Positions 30,727-41,094 of a stretch of 64,000 nucleotides of DNA are shown one piece after another (position 1 is the first letter of the stretch; every line of letters begins with the position of its first letter). The notes beneath the pieces were generated by a model. That model saw only the letters and a program-made list of their open reading frames with translations. It was not told the DNA's origin and ran no database searches. Origin of the DNA: an uncultured delta proteobacterium (lineage in GTDB: Bacteria > Desulfobacterota > Desulfobacteria > Desulfobacterales > JAFDCJ01); NCBI GenBank assembly GCA_963769935.1, contig CAVYNY010000022.1, positions 576,001 through 640,000 on the forward strand, given 5' to 3'. A program made the translations under genes and the position numbers.

Positions 30727-31928
30727 CTATTCGTATGTAAAACGGCCGTTTTCGTAGATGGTCACCGCTTCGCCGGACTTTAAGTGGGCCGTGACCCGTT
30801 TTTTTTCGGTGTTGACCAGGTCCCAGTGCAGGGCTGACTCGTTAAAGCCCAGCTTTTGTTTGAGGGCCTGGTTTAGGTTTTTGCCGTCGCCGGTATAGGT
30901 GTTTGAATAAGAGGAACCAAGGGCAATATGGCAATTTCCATACCGGCCTCCGAAGTTTTCATCAAACAACGTGTTGGCCATAAAATGGTTGATCTTGGAA
31001 AACCGCTTGTCGGTCAGGGAAAATTCGCCTACTTTATCCGCGCCCTGGTCCATCTGCAGCTGTTGTTTGACAAATTTCTCACCGCTGTCCGCCGCTATCC
31101 TCACGGTTCTGCCGTTCTCAAACTCAAGTCTGACTCCTTCAACGCGATTGCCGCTTCGATATGAGGGCTGGTCGGCATGATATTTTCCCCGGATTCCGCG
31201 CCAGTCGGGTGAGGTGAAAATTTCAAAACTGGGTATGTTGCGACCCGATATGCCGATCCATTGCCTCATTTCTCCGGGCGTCACTTCCAGATCGATATTT
31301 TCGGATTCGACATGCAAGAATTTAACTCGCATGCGGTTCAGCCATTTTTTGATGGATTGGGCGATCCTATGGATACGCTGCCATTCAGAGACCGGATCGG
31401 CTTTGTTCAGGAAACAGGCCCGGCAGACCTGCCGGGTATATTCCTCAAGGCTGGTGCCGGCCTGGGCGGCCAATTCGGGAGTGGGAAACGCACAGAGGGT
31501 CCAGCTGAAGCCGCCCCGGGCCTCGTGCCGGTTGAGTATGTCGCGCAAATCATGCTGGGCCACGGTGGCCCTTCCGATTTTTTTAGGGTCAATATCGCTC
31601 AGGTGCGTGAGGGATTCCGGTGCATAGAGATGGATGCTTCCATTCAATCCCGACATCAGCTCTTTTTCCCCGGGTGGTGAAAAAACCAGCTGATGGTTGG
31701 AAGAGCGCAGGTAAAAGGCCCGCTCCATCGCGGCGGTAGGACTCATGCGCTGGACGGGGTTCAGCCCCCTGGCCAGCATAGCGGCAAAAAGGATTTCAGC
31801 CAATTGAACGGCAGGTCGATGATAGCGAATAAGTATAATATCTTTTTTTTAAATGGTGCCTTTTTAGCGGTGGTCAGTCCCCACCACAGTACGTCGGCAT
31901 ATCGTTCCAGCTGTTTGATGGTGAACAT
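30727..31928 (-). CDS. M29 (AmpS/AmpT) aminopeptidase with one frameshift near the 5' end
   Basis: NIPSFEIFTSP, GEFS, TLFDEN, HIALG and SALHWD; the N-terminus MFTIKQLERYADVL lies in another frame and joins at the A8 run at 31843-31850. Confidence 0.85.
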
Positions 31929-31944
31929 GGCGTTGCTCCTTTTT

Positions 31945-32202
31945 TCAATCACCATGGTCGTCCTTGAGAAAGGCACTATGATACTCCGCCTCCTCCAGAT
32001 GATTTTTGAGCAGGCGATTGAGCAGGTCGAAGAGCGCAAGCATTTCTTCATCCGTCATTCTTTTGGTGATCAATGACATGAACCGGTCGTCGGAAAACTT
32101 CTGCAGATAATATATGAGCGTGTTTTCGTCCGTCTCCCGGTCAGCCCCGTATCCCACCAGTCCTTGATAAGATTCAACAAAATCGTGTGTATGCTTCGGC
32201 AT
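31945..32202 (-). CDS. Hypothetical protein
   Basis: 85 aa ORF directly upstream of the aminopeptidase, ending EYHSAFLKD. Confidence 0.7.
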   Translation of the reverse strand: MPKHTHDFVESYQGLVGYGADRETDENTLIYYLQKFSDDRFMSLITKRMTDEEMLALFDLLNRLLKNHLEEAEYHSAFLKDDHGD

Positions 32203-32252
32203 TCTCTGCAATCCAGACTTATAGACTCAAATATTGAAAGCCGGACCCTCCC

Positions 32253-32314
32253 GCTCTCCGAGCTGTAGGCTCTCCGAGCCGGAAGCCGGGCTGTAGGCCG
32301 CACGGGCCGGAAGC
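32253..32314. repeat. CTCTCCGAGCCGGAGGC-family repeat
   Basis: Same unit as at 22975-23008 and 25149-25215. Confidence 0.8.
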
Positions 32315-32370
32315 TTGGCCAGGGTCCTTTACTATTCTTACGCTGAAACCCTGTTGATGCTGCTATGGGT

Positions 32371-32398
32371 TAAAGTTTTAAGACCGTTCAGCCGAAGA
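32371..32398 (+). promoter_or_regulatory. Putative sigma28 (FliA) promoter
   Basis: TAAAGTTT-N12-GCCGAAGA. Confidence 0.55.
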
Positions 32399-32435
32399 TA
32401 TATCACTGAAAGCAAAAAATAAAGGAGAAACACGC

Positions 32436-32642
32436 ATGAAATCCTCTTTCTTTATTCTGGCCGAATTAACCCTGGTGACCCTGGTTTATGCTTTTGCCTA
32501 TCGAGCGGGATACAAAAGTGCGCAATCAAAGGCCATTTCGGTCGTAAAAAAGTTTGCCGATCCGGTAACCTGTCTGTTGGATAGTTTAAATGATACGCTT
32601 GATGAGGCCACAGAAGAACAAAATGAAAAGGAAGGTTCTTAA
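32436..32642 (+). CDS. Small single-TM hypothetical protein
   Basis: AAGGAG RBS, N-terminal hydrophobic helix and acidic tail. Confidence 0.65.
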   Translation: MKSSFFILAELTLVTLVYAFAYRAGYKSAQSKAISVVKKFADPVTCLLDSLNDTLDEATEEQNEKEGS

Positions 32643-34414
32643 TTTCGTAAGGTTTTGGGGGTGTCCAGCACGGCGCGAATTGTACTTGCCAGCTCATCTT
32701 TGACAATCGGCTTCATGACAAATTTATCGATTCCCATGGCCAGGGCTTTTTCTTCGGTGATCGTCTCATTGAAGCCGGTACATAAAATCACCGGAATGTC
32801 CGGTCTGATACCCATTAATTTGCGTGCCAGCTGATCACCGGTCATTTTGGGCATTGTCATGTCCGTTATTACCAGATCGTAATGGTCGGGCAAGGCGGCG
32901 AATTCCTCCAGCGCCGCTTCACTGTCCGTTTTGACCGTTACTTTATAACCGAGCCGTTCCAGAATTTGTTGTTCGATGTCGATGATTTGCTCTTCGTCGT
33001 CTATCAGCAGAATACGTTCATGGCCCTGGGTTGCAGACGGGGTCTTTGCCGCCTCTGTTTCAAGATCAACCTCATCGATGATCGGCAGATATACGGTAAA
33101 GGTGGCCCCTTTCCCCGGTTGACTGCTGACGCTGATGTCGCCCCCATAATTTTTGATGATGCCGTGGATCACCGACAGACCCAGACCGGTACCCTTGCCT
33201 TGTTCCTTGGTGGTATAATACGGTTCGAAGATGCGCTCCAGTACTCCCTGATCCATGCCGCACCCGGAATCTTTGACCGTCAATTGAAGGTGCGGGCCGA
33301 CTTTCATTCCCACTCTTTCCATCGATTTTTCGTAGGTGATTTCCACCTCTTTGACTTCCACTTCAAGTTTGCCGCCGGTTTGCTGCATGGCGTGATAGGC
33401 GTTGGTGCAAAGATTCATGATAACCTGGTGAATCTGGGTCGGGTCGCCATTGATGGGGCCGCAATTTTCATCCACTTTGCTTTCTATTTCGATGGTTGAC
33501 GGGATGGTGGCGCGCATGAGTTTGAGCGCTTCTTTGATCAGGAATTGAACTTTTAAAGGCCTGCGTTCATGACAGCTTTGCCGGCTGAAGGTTAGGATTT
33601 GTTTAACCAGTTCCTTGGCGCGATTGGTGGCCTTGAGGATTTCCTCCAGATTCTTTCTGGCCTGGCTGTCTTCCGGGATGTCATCCATGGTCAATTCGGT
33701 ATAGCCGACAATCGGGAAAAGAATATTGTTAAAGTCATGCGCTATACCCCCGGCCAAGGTGCCGATGGCCTGCAGCTTCATGACCTGCTGCAACTGTCTT
33801 TCCGAGCGCGCCAACGCTTTGGTTCTTTCTTCAATTTTCTTTTCCAGGATTGTATTCTGATTTCGCAGCAAGCGATAAAATTCTAGACTTTCCAGGGCAT
33901 TGGCGGTATTTAGCAGAATGATTGACAGCAAAGTGAATGATTTATCCGGAATTGAATTTTTTTTATCCGGCAGTAGTCCGACGAACATGCCCCGGATGCG
34001 GGAGTAGGTCGCTATCACATGCAGCATCAGCTGCTTGGAGTGATCATGGGAAGAGATCGTAACGCCGCGTCGTTCACGAATGGCCCAGGCAAAAAATCCC
34101 TCATCGATCATGTGGCGCACCTGATCTTCCATGAATTGCCGGCTTTCCGATGGACCGCAAGCCGATAAATTGAAATCCGATTTATCCTCGTCCACCAGAT
34201 AGAAGGCATAGGCTTCAAACGGGATTAAATAGCGGATTCTTTTTTCAGCCTCCTGCAGAACATTCTCCGGCCCGTAGCCGGTATTGATGTTTTTCTGAAA
34301 GTCTCCCAGAGAAAGGGCCATTTCAAGGGCATTTTGTATAAGACGCCTGTTTTCTTCCAAATATTCGATGCGAGCCAGGAGTTTTTCAGGATCTAAGTTT
34401 GTGGTTTTTTTCAT
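32639..34414 (-). CDS. Cytoplasmic hybrid sensor histidine kinase (GAF-like, HisKA, HATPase, REC)
   Basis: AGGIAHDFNN, NLCTNA, DSGCG, GTGLGL and C-terminal LLIDDE/ITDMTMP. Confidence 0.93.
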   Translation of the reverse strand: MKKTTNLDPEKLLARIEYLEENRRLIQNALEMALSLGDFQKNINTGYGPENVLQEAEKRIRYLIPFEAYAFYLVDEDKSDFNLSACGPSESRQFMEDQVRHMIDEGFFAWAIRERRGVTISSHDHSKQLMLHVIATYSRIRGMFVGLLPDKKNSIPDKSFTLLSIILLNTANALESLEFYRLLRNQNTILEKKIEERTKALARSERQLQQVMKLQAIGTLAGGIAHDFNNILFPIVGYTELTMDDIPEDSQARKNLEEILKATNRAKELVKQILTFSRQSCHERRPLKVQFLIKEALKLMRATIPSTIEIESKVDENCGPINGDPTQIHQVIMNLCTNAYHAMQQTGGKLEVEVKEVEITYEKSMERVGMKVGPHLQLTVKDSGCGMDQGVLERIFEPYYTTKEQGKGTGLGLSVIHGIIKNYGGDISVSSQPGKGATFTVYLPIIDEVDLETEAAKTPSATQGHERILLIDDEEQIIDIEQQILERLGYKVTVKTDSEAALEEFAALPDHYDLVITDMTMPKMTGDQLARKLMGIRPDIPVILCTGFNETITEEKALAMGIDKFVMKPIVKDELASTIRAVLDTPKTLRN

Positions 34415-34421
34415 TGTACTT

Positions 34422-35645
34422 TTACACATTCAGGATTGTTTCCAGTGCTTTGAACTGGTGAGTTGCCTGTCCAATAACCTTCTCAAAGCAACTGGGTGAT
34501 AATTCCAGATTTTCCCAGGCATCATAGTCAAGGGGCGGTACAAATCTCTCTCCGCTGCTGCCGATCCCCAGGCTGTTGACAATCAAATCGGCCAGGTGAA
34601 CGATGGTCGCCGGAATCGGTTGCCGGGCATCAGAAGGTTTATGATGGTAGAATACATTATTTTCTAAAATTACAGGCAGTTTCCACTGCTGCATGAGTTG
34701 CCTGCCTACCTGGGCATGGTCACATCCCAGATAATCTATTTCTTCCATATACAGTAACTTGGATTCATTTATAGACCGGCTGATAATGTTGTGCGACTCA
34801 TCCGGAAAATGTATGTAAAGTATCAATCGCCCCAGATCATGCAGCAAACCGGAGACAAACAACTGTTCGGTTTGACTGAAATTCAAGTGGGCCGCCAAAA
34901 CCCTTGATAAGATGGCGCAGGCCAGGCTGTGCTTTAGAAATGAATACATATCGATTATTTCTTTGGGGATATTTTTAAAAATAGAGAGAATGGAGATCCC
35001 CAGAGCCAGTCCGGAAATTTCACGGGTACCGATGAGGGTCACCGCATGGGACACTTTGTCTATCCTGGTCGGGAACCCGTAAAATGATGAATTTACGATT
35101 TTCAACAGCAGGGCGGTTAAACTCGGGCTTCTGTTCACCACCTCGGCAATGTGTTCGGCCGAAGACATGGGATTTGCAATGACTTCATTTATTTCAAAAA
35201 CTACGGACGGAATTTCAGGCAGGACTATCTTTTTTTTGTTTATTTCCTCTAAAAAATTTATTTTTTGAGCCCTATCCGGCATCCTTCGATCTTGAAATTG
35301 CATATCGCCGGCAGTTTCAACCAGATCATGCCGGCATCTGAATTGCACCGCTATTTTGAATATTTCCTTGATTGCCGGATGCTCCAAGTCAACATGACGA
35401 CAGATAAGCTTCATGTTTTCCGCGGTCCGTTCGAGCAGCTCCGGATCCAACCGGGGATCCAATATGTCTTTGCGGCGGCGTGCCCCGGCAACATTGACCT
35501 CCGGAATTCCCCAAATTTTAAAAATTCGAATATGATTTGATTGGATTTCGTTGCCTTTGGCCAGCAGGAGTCGACCGTTTATATCACGCACCTCTTCGGC
35601 CAAAATCTGACCGGGTTTTAATTTGTCTGTCTGTACCGCTTCCAT
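34422..35645 (-). CDS. HDOD domain protein
   Basis: LPEIP, LLKIVNSSFY, HSLACA, GLLHDLG, DHAQVG and WKLP. Confidence 0.92.
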   Translation of the reverse strand: MEAVQTDKLKPGQILAEEVRDINGRLLLAKGNEIQSNHIRIFKIWGIPEVNVAGARRRKDILDPRLDPELLERTAENMKLICRHVDLEHPAIKEIFKIAVQFRCRHDLVETAGDMQFQDRRMPDRAQKINFLEEINKKKIVLPEIPSVVFEINEVIANPMSSAEHIAEVVNRSPSLTALLLKIVNSSFYGFPTRIDKVSHAVTLIGTREISGLALGISILSIFKNIPKEIIDMYSFLKHSLACAILSRVLAAHLNFSQTEQLFVSGLLHDLGRLILYIHFPDESHNIISRSINESKLLYMEEIDYLGCDHAQVGRQLMQQWKLPVILENNVFYHHKPSDARQPIPATIVHLADLIVNSLGIGSSGERFVPPLDYDAWENLELSPSCFEKVIGQATHQFKALETILNV

Positions 35646-35701
35646 AGGATTCCATTATCTATTATTTTCAGAACTATCTAAACAAAACCATCTCTTTATT
35701 G

Positions 35702-35729
35702 TTATCGTCTAAGCGAATTGAAAACTTGA
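35702..35729 (-). promoter_or_regulatory. Putative sigma28 (FliA) promoter of the HDOD-kinase operon
   Basis: TCAAGTTT-N12-GACGATAA on the minus strand. Confidence 0.55.
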
Positions 35730-35747
35730 GCAAAAATGCGATCTTAG

Positions 35748-35841
35748 TACCTGAATTTTGCACGTAAATCTAATATACAACGCCGAAGTTGCATTTTCAG
35801 AATTTACTTCGAGCGATGTTCGGTGTTTAAAAATTCAGGTA
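35748..35841. repeat. Palindromic element
   Basis: Perfect 12-bp inverted repeat TACCTGAATTTT / AAAATTCAGGTA with an inner imperfect stem. Confidence 0.6.
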
Positions 35842-36114
35842 GCAGATCATTGAGGTGGTTAGAAACGTGCAGATCGTTGGGGTAGGTGGGGCATTGGCGT
35901 TTGTGGGGTTGATTAAGTTAGTTAATAGTTGATAGGTGATAGGTCATAGTTGTTAGGGTACGGTGCCAGGCGCACGGTCTAACCCGAAAAGTGTTGAGGA
36001 CTGAGTGTGTTGCGGTTTCCATTGTCCGAATTTTTTTTAACTCAGTCCTCAGTCCTCATTGCTCAGTCCTGATGTTTGTCTTTCCTCCGACCTTCGACAT
36101 TTGTCGTTCGTCAT

Positions 36115-36939
36115 TCACTTAACCGTCTCAACCAGCTTTTGGACAGCCGCCAGATAGGCCTGGAGGCCGCGCATAAAAATATCATTGTGGTTGGCGCCGG
36201 GAATCATCAAGAAAGTTTTGTCGACGGTCGGGCAGGCATCGTAGAGGGCCTGTCCGTCCGAAAATGGAATGATGTGGTCAAATTCGGCGTGAATGATGAG
36301 CGTTGTTTTATCAAATTGCCTGATTTTATCAAGGTTGCCGAAGCCTCTTTCTTCCCGGAATCCCAGCGCTTCCAAGTTGATGCCCAGCAGCTGCAGCAAG
36401 GGGGCGGCATAGGCAAACCCGCTTTCCACGATAAGGCCGTCAACTTCATTTTTATAAGCCGCCGCCAGTTCAAGAACCGAAGCACTGCCCAGCGATCTGC
36501 CCATCAGAATGAGTGGACCCGTAAAATGATTTTTCTGCAGCCATTGGCGCACAAAATCAAAGATGATATGACAATCCCCCATCATGGCGGTGACCGTCGG
36601 TTTGCCGGAGGATCGACCGTATCCGCGATAATCCACCGCCAGGAGATTGATCCCCATTTTAGTATACGCACCACCCAGTTCATCATAGTCCGCGACAATT
36701 TCACCATTACCGTGAAAAAAAAGAATATTACCGCCGGACTTTGCGGCCATGTGAAAACGCGCGCCGACGGCAACAGCCTCTGCGACCGGTATCATGACAT
36801 CCGTGGCGTTGGAAAGCGGGCCGGTCCTATCGGCGGTCGGGAAGTGTGAACCTGCCGGCTCCGGACGCGGGTGAAACAAATACATCAGAACTTCAGTTCG
36901 ATCGAGGGGCGTGTAATCGATTTTAGATTCAGCTTTCAT
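36115..36939 (-). CDS. Alpha/beta hydrolase (ABHD-like)
   Basis: FHGNGE, DYRGYG, GRSLG and GANHND. Confidence 0.9.
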   Translation of the reverse strand: MKAESKIDYTPLDRTEVLMYLFHPRPEPAGSHFPTADRTGPLSNATDVMIPVAEAVAVGARFHMAAKSGGNILFFHGNGEIVADYDELGGAYTKMGINLLAVDYRGYGRSSGKPTVTAMMGDCHIIFDFVRQWLQKNHFTGPLILMGRSLGSASVLELAAAYKNEVDGLIVESGFAYAAPLLQLLGINLEALGFREERGFGNLDKIRQFDKTTLIIHAEFDHIIPFSDGQALYDACPTVDKTFLMIPGANHNDIFMRGLQAYLAAVQKLVETVK

Positions 36940-37072
36940 TATTAAGGTCTCCTTTATATGACCTAAAAAACCACATGCAATGGTGAGTTATTGGTTATTA
37001 GTTATTGGTCCTCAATTTTTAATAACAAATAACCAATAACGACTAATTGAGCTTTAGCGGTTCATCCAACAA

Positions 37073-37558
37073 TTACCGCGCACTCCTGACCGCCAGCACC
37101 CGACAGCCGTTATTATCGTGTAAATCAACCGTGAAGGCGTCGCCGAGGTAGTAATTAAAGGCCAGCGGCAAGCCCAGGGCCGTGTCGGAGGACCACACCA
37201 GGATACAGCTGATTTTAATCTGGGGTACAATCTTTACCGCATATCCGCAAGCCGATTGATAACCTTGGTAGCCGGAATCTTCCCGATACAGGCTTTGCAG
37301 CTCCGCCACCGTTGGCAAGCGCCAATTTTCATACTTCCGATCAAGGCTCCCGGCAAAGCTGCCCTGGATCCATTTATTGGCCTGTTTCCAGAATATATCC
37401 TCTTGGTTGTCCGTTTGGGCCCACATCAGCCCTGACCGGCTGTCGGTAACGGTGCCGTTGCCGTTGTCGATGAAGCGGTCCTGCGCCAGGCTCGGGGTCC
37501 GGAAAACGGAGCCAAAAAGAAGTATGATCAGGAGGATATGGGGAGTGGATTTTAGCAC
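37073..37558 (-). CDS. Secreted DUF1566 (Lcl) domain protein
   Basis: Signal peptide, RFIDNGNGTVTD..GLMW and WRLPTVAEL. Confidence 0.88.
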   Translation of the reverse strand: MLKSTPHILLIILLFGSVFRTPSLAQDRFIDNGNGTVTDSRSGLMWAQTDNQEDIFWKQANKWIQGSFAGSLDRKYENWRLPTVAELQSLYREDSGYQGYQSACGYAVKIVPQIKISCILVWSSDTALGLPLAFNYYLGDAFTVDLHDNNGCRVLAVRSAR

Positions 37559-37696
37559 TTTTCCCTCACTTATGCTTTTACCGGGTTAACCAAAATGAGG
37601 TCCAAACAATAATTTTCGGTTCTATAAACCAAAACAAGATAAGATTTATCCGATGCTTTTTAATTATATTCCGGGCGGCCGGTGTAGGCTTGAAGT

Positions 37697-38500
37697 TTAA
37701 AAATTTTTATCAATAAAGCCGGGTTCGGCAATCAGGTCCGGCGCAATATACTTGAGAGCCCAGATCGCGCTGATGGCGCCTACATACAAGGAATCTTTTT
37801 TGTCCATCAGCAGATGGTCGGCTTTGTCCAGCGAAATAAAACTTTTAGGGTGGCGTGCAGTTTGAAAAATTTTGGCCGCATTTTCGATGCCGACGATCCG
37901 GTCATACGGTGAATGAAAAATAAGCAGGGCACGGTTCAAGTTTCGTATGGTTTCCTGCATGCGCACCGCTGCCAGATCGTCGAGAAACTGCTTTTTGATT
38001 TTAAAAGTCCGGCCCGCCAAGTCGACATCGGCTTCCCCACGGCGTTCGATGATCTCTGAGGATTCGCTCAGGGCGACGGATACATGAGCGGGATCCGCCG
38101 GTGCTGCGATGGTGATTACGGCTACCGCGGAAGGTATTCGTGCTGCTGACTGCAGCACCGCCGCACCCCCCAGGGAATGGCCGATTAAGATCTGCGGGGC
38201 CTCAAAATTTTTTTTCAAAAAATCGGCGGCCATGACGAGGTCGTCAACGTTGGAGGTAAAATTGGTATCGGCAAAGTCGCCTTCGCTCTCGCCCAGCCCG
38301 GTAAAATCGAATCGCAGCACGGCAATCCCTCTACGGGTTAAAGCCCGGCTGATATGGCTGATGGCTTTGATGTTTTTGGAGCAGGTAAAACAATGGGCAA
38401 AAAGCGCGTAGGCGAGCGGTTTTTCAGCTGCAGTCAGATCTATTCTGGCTGAAAGCTTTTGACCGGCCGCGTTGGTGAATTCGAGGTTTTTAAATTTCAT
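37697..38500 (-). CDS. Alpha/beta hydrolase resembling the N-terminal domain of hydrolase/OsmC fusions
   Basis: AHCFTCSK, RFDFTGLG, GHSLGG and HPKSFISLDKADHL. Confidence 0.88.
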   Translation of the reverse strand: MKFKNLEFTNAAGQKLSARIDLTAAEKPLAYALFAHCFTCSKNIKAISHISRALTRRGIAVLRFDFTGLGESEGDFADTNFTSNVDDLVMAADFLKKNFEAPQILIGHSLGGAAVLQSAARIPSAVAVITIAAPADPAHVSVALSESSEIIERRGEADVDLAGRTFKIKKQFLDDLAAVRMQETIRNLNRALLIFHSPYDRIVGIENAAKIFQTARHPKSFISLDKADHLLMDKKDSLYVGAISAIWALKYIAPDLIAEPGFIDKNF

Positions 38501-38666
38501 GATGGGATCTTGGTTGATTGAGTGGATAGTTCACGACTGTTGATTGATACGTGCCGTAGTTGCAAAACTATAATGGAAATCTTCTGATGAGTCCAGATCA
38601 ATTTTGGGGGCCTAGCGGATCGTCGTGCTGCCGGTCTCTTTCAGAGCTTGTATCCCGGATTGTATC

Positions 38667-38726
38667 TTTGATGAATCAAATTCATAATTTAGAAGGCTTG
38701 ACATTTAAATTCTCATTCTTTATAAA
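38667..38726 (+). promoter_or_regulatory. sigma70 promoter with an upstream palindromic operator candidate
   Basis: TTGACA(38698)-N17-TATAAA; ATGAAT-CAA-ATTCAT at 38671-38685. Confidence 0.6.
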
Positions 38727-38867
38727 CGTAGGATTCGGTTCGATTTTCATTATTTTTTGCTGCAGTCGTCCAAAATCCGAGATCGCGGACATCTATGGCC
38801 GAGACATGATATTCCGCGATTTTGCCAAACTTGTAACCTGTTTTTAAAGAAAAAAGGAGGGCTTAAT

Positions 38868-40139
38868 ATGAAACGGAAATCGACTCTATGGGTAATACTG
38901 GTTCTAACTGCGGTTCTGCTGTTTCTGCCCGGCAAAATTGTATTGGCGGAACAGCCTATTATCATCGGCTGTCCGCTCGCTACTTCCTATCTCTACGGAT
39001 GGGACGCTGAGAGGGCTGTCAAGCTGGCTATTTCAGAGATCAATGCCGCCGGCGGCGTCAACGTGGGCGGCGTAAAGCGGCCGTTTAAAGTGGAGGTCAT
39101 CGACACCAGAGACCTGGAACCCGGAGTGCCCGTGAGCGATGCCCTTCTGGCGGTGGAAAAACTGATTTTAGATAAGAAAGCCGATTTTATCGTGGGCGGG
39201 CCGGTTCGTTCCGAAGCTGCTCTGGCGGCGATGCCGCTTTTATCCAAGTATAAGAAAGTCTCCATCGTGACTACCGGCGTTCTGACGCCCAAGTATACTG
39301 CGTTGGTGGCCGAACAGTATGATAAATATAAATACTGCTTCCGCATACATGGTGAGGCCAAGAACCTTGTGGGTGAGATGTTCGCCAACTTCACCGATTT
39401 GAAAGAAAAGTACGGTTTCAATAACTTATTCATCATGGCCCAGGATGTCTCCCATGCCCGGGGGGCGGCCGATGTCATGAAGGCGGTGGCCGTCAAAAAG
39501 GGCTGGAACGTCACCGGGGTGGAGATATACCCGACCGGAACCACCGATTTTTCCATGGGACTGCTCAAGGCCAAACAGTCCAAAACGGAAATTATCAATA
39601 TTTGGATGGATATGCCGGAAAGCGCTATATTGCTTAAACAATGGTATGAGATGAAAATTCCGGCCCTGCCGTTCGGTTCGACTCTGGCCGCGGCTGAACA
39701 GCCCGGTTTCTGGAAGGCCACCGACGGCAAAGGGGAGTATACCCTCTGCAATGTGGTCAACGCCGGCAACGCTCCCTCCGAAGCCACCCCCTGGACCATG
39801 AAATTTTACAAGGCCTACACCGATATGTGGGGCGTGGAGCCGGAAGGACTGGGAACATCCAGCAGTTACATGGCCGTTTATGTGCTGCGGGATGCGATCG
39901 AACGCGCCGGCAGCCTGGATTCGGACAAGTTGGTGGCGGAGCTGGAAAAAACCGATGTGATGGGGGTCTATGGACGGCTTCGCTTTGATCCCAAAAGCCA
40001 CCAGGTTATCCCGGCGACAGACCCCGCCAAGGGGGCGGTGGGCAGCATTTTACAGTGGCAGAACGGGAAGCGGATCGTGGTCTATCCCCAAAGCATCGCC
40101 ACGGGCAGTATCGAGTTGCCGCCGTGGATGAATAAATAG
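38868..40139 (+). CDS. LIV/HAAT-family ABC substrate-binding protein
   Basis: Signal peptide, EINAAGG and RDAIERAGSLD; AGGAGG RBS. Confidence 0.92.
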   Translation: MKRKSTLWVILVLTAVLLFLPGKIVLAEQPIIIGCPLATSYLYGWDAERAVKLAISEINAAGGVNVGGVKRPFKVEVIDTRDLEPGVPVSDALLAVEKLILDKKADFIVGGPVRSEAALAAMPLLSKYKKVSIVTTGVLTPKYTALVAEQYDKYKYCFRIHGEAKNLVGEMFANFTDLKEKYGFNNLFIMAQDVSHARGAADVMKAVAVKKGWNVTGVEIYPTGTTDFSMGLLKAKQSKTEIINIWMDMPESAILLKQWYEMKIPALPFGSTLAAAEQPGFWKATDGKGEYTLCNVVNAGNAPSEATPWTMKFYKAYTDMWGVEPEGLGTSSSYMAVYVLRDAIERAGSLDSDKLVAELEKTDVMGVYGRLRFDPKSHQVIPATDPAKGAVGSILQWQNGKRIVVYPQSIATGSIELPPWMNK

Positions 40140-40158
40140 CCGTGCATCCCCGGATAGG

Positions 40159-40196
40159 CGGGTTGAGGGTGAAGCAAGAATTTCACCTTCAACCCG
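40159..40196 (+). terminator. Strong intercistronic hairpin after the binding-protein gene
   Basis: CGGGTTGAGGGTGAA / TTCACCTTCAACCCG with no U tail, so more likely mRNA-stabilising than terminating. Confidence 0.6.
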
Positions 40197-40227
40197 ATAG
40201 GGCAAAAAACCTCTCCTCCGAAATATC

Positions 40228-41094
40228 ATGCAAATATTAATTTACGGAACCATAAATAGTGTCTCGCTGGCGCTTTTGGCCTTGGGATTTGCCTTGGTTT
40301 ACGGGGTCAGCCGCCTGCCCAATTTTGCGCATGGTGCGCTATACGTTCTCAGTGGTTTCATCACCTGGACCTTTATTAATTCCCTGGGGTTTAATTATCT
40401 GTTCAGCATCATCCTGGCGATATTTATGACCGGAATAATCGGTTCGTTGATCTACCGGTTTGTGCTGATTCGCATCCGGGGCATGGAGATTTCCGAAATC
40501 ATAGCCTCCTATGCCATGGGGCTGGCAATTTTGGAAGGACTCCGATGGGGCGGGTTTAAGGGCATGACCTATACGCTGCCGGCCTTTATCGGAGGCAGTA
40601 TGGAGCTTGCCGGCATACCCGTGGACTACCAGCGGTTGCTGGTCGTCGGCATCGGGGCGGCGGTGGTGGCGTTGCTGTGGCTGTTCACGCACTATACACG
40701 CGTCGGTCTGGCCCTGCGCGGGATGGCACAGGACGAGCGCGCCGCCATGATGCTGGGGATCGATTCCGACCTGATGGCGGTAGCGGCTATGGGATTCGGT
40801 TCCATGCTGGCGGCTTTGGCCGCTGTTTTGCTGCTCCCGTTGGGCAACATTGTGGTGGAAACCGGCTATAATGTTCTGATTCTGGCCATCGCCGTCTGTA
40901 TTGTGGGCGGCTTGGGAAGTTGGATGGGTGCCGTTCTGGCTGCGTTTCTGATCGGTTTCGCCCAGATTCTTACCGTCGTCTATCTGGGCGCTCAATTCCA
41001 GATGGTGGTCGCGCTGCTGGCGATCATCATTACCCTAATTTTGAAACCCTCAGGGCTCTTCGGACGCCAGAAAGAATTGGAAGAAAGAGTATGA
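40228..41094 (+). CDS. livH: ABC permease, LivH-type
   Basis: NFAHG, GLALRG, VGGLGS and KPSGLFG. Confidence 0.9.
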   Translation: MQILIYGTINSVSLALLALGFALVYGVSRLPNFAHGALYVLSGFITWTFINSLGFNYLFSIILAIFMTGIIGSLIYRFVLIRIRGMEISEIIASYAMGLAILEGLRWGGFKGMTYTLPAFIGGSMELAGIPVDYQRLLVVGIGAAVVALLWLFTHYTRVGLALRGMAQDERAAMMLGIDSDLMAVAAMGFGSMLAALAAVLLLPLGNIVVETGYNVLILAIAVCIVGGLGSWMGAVLAAFLIGFAQILTVVYLGAQFQMVVALLAIIITLILKPSGLFGRQKELEERV

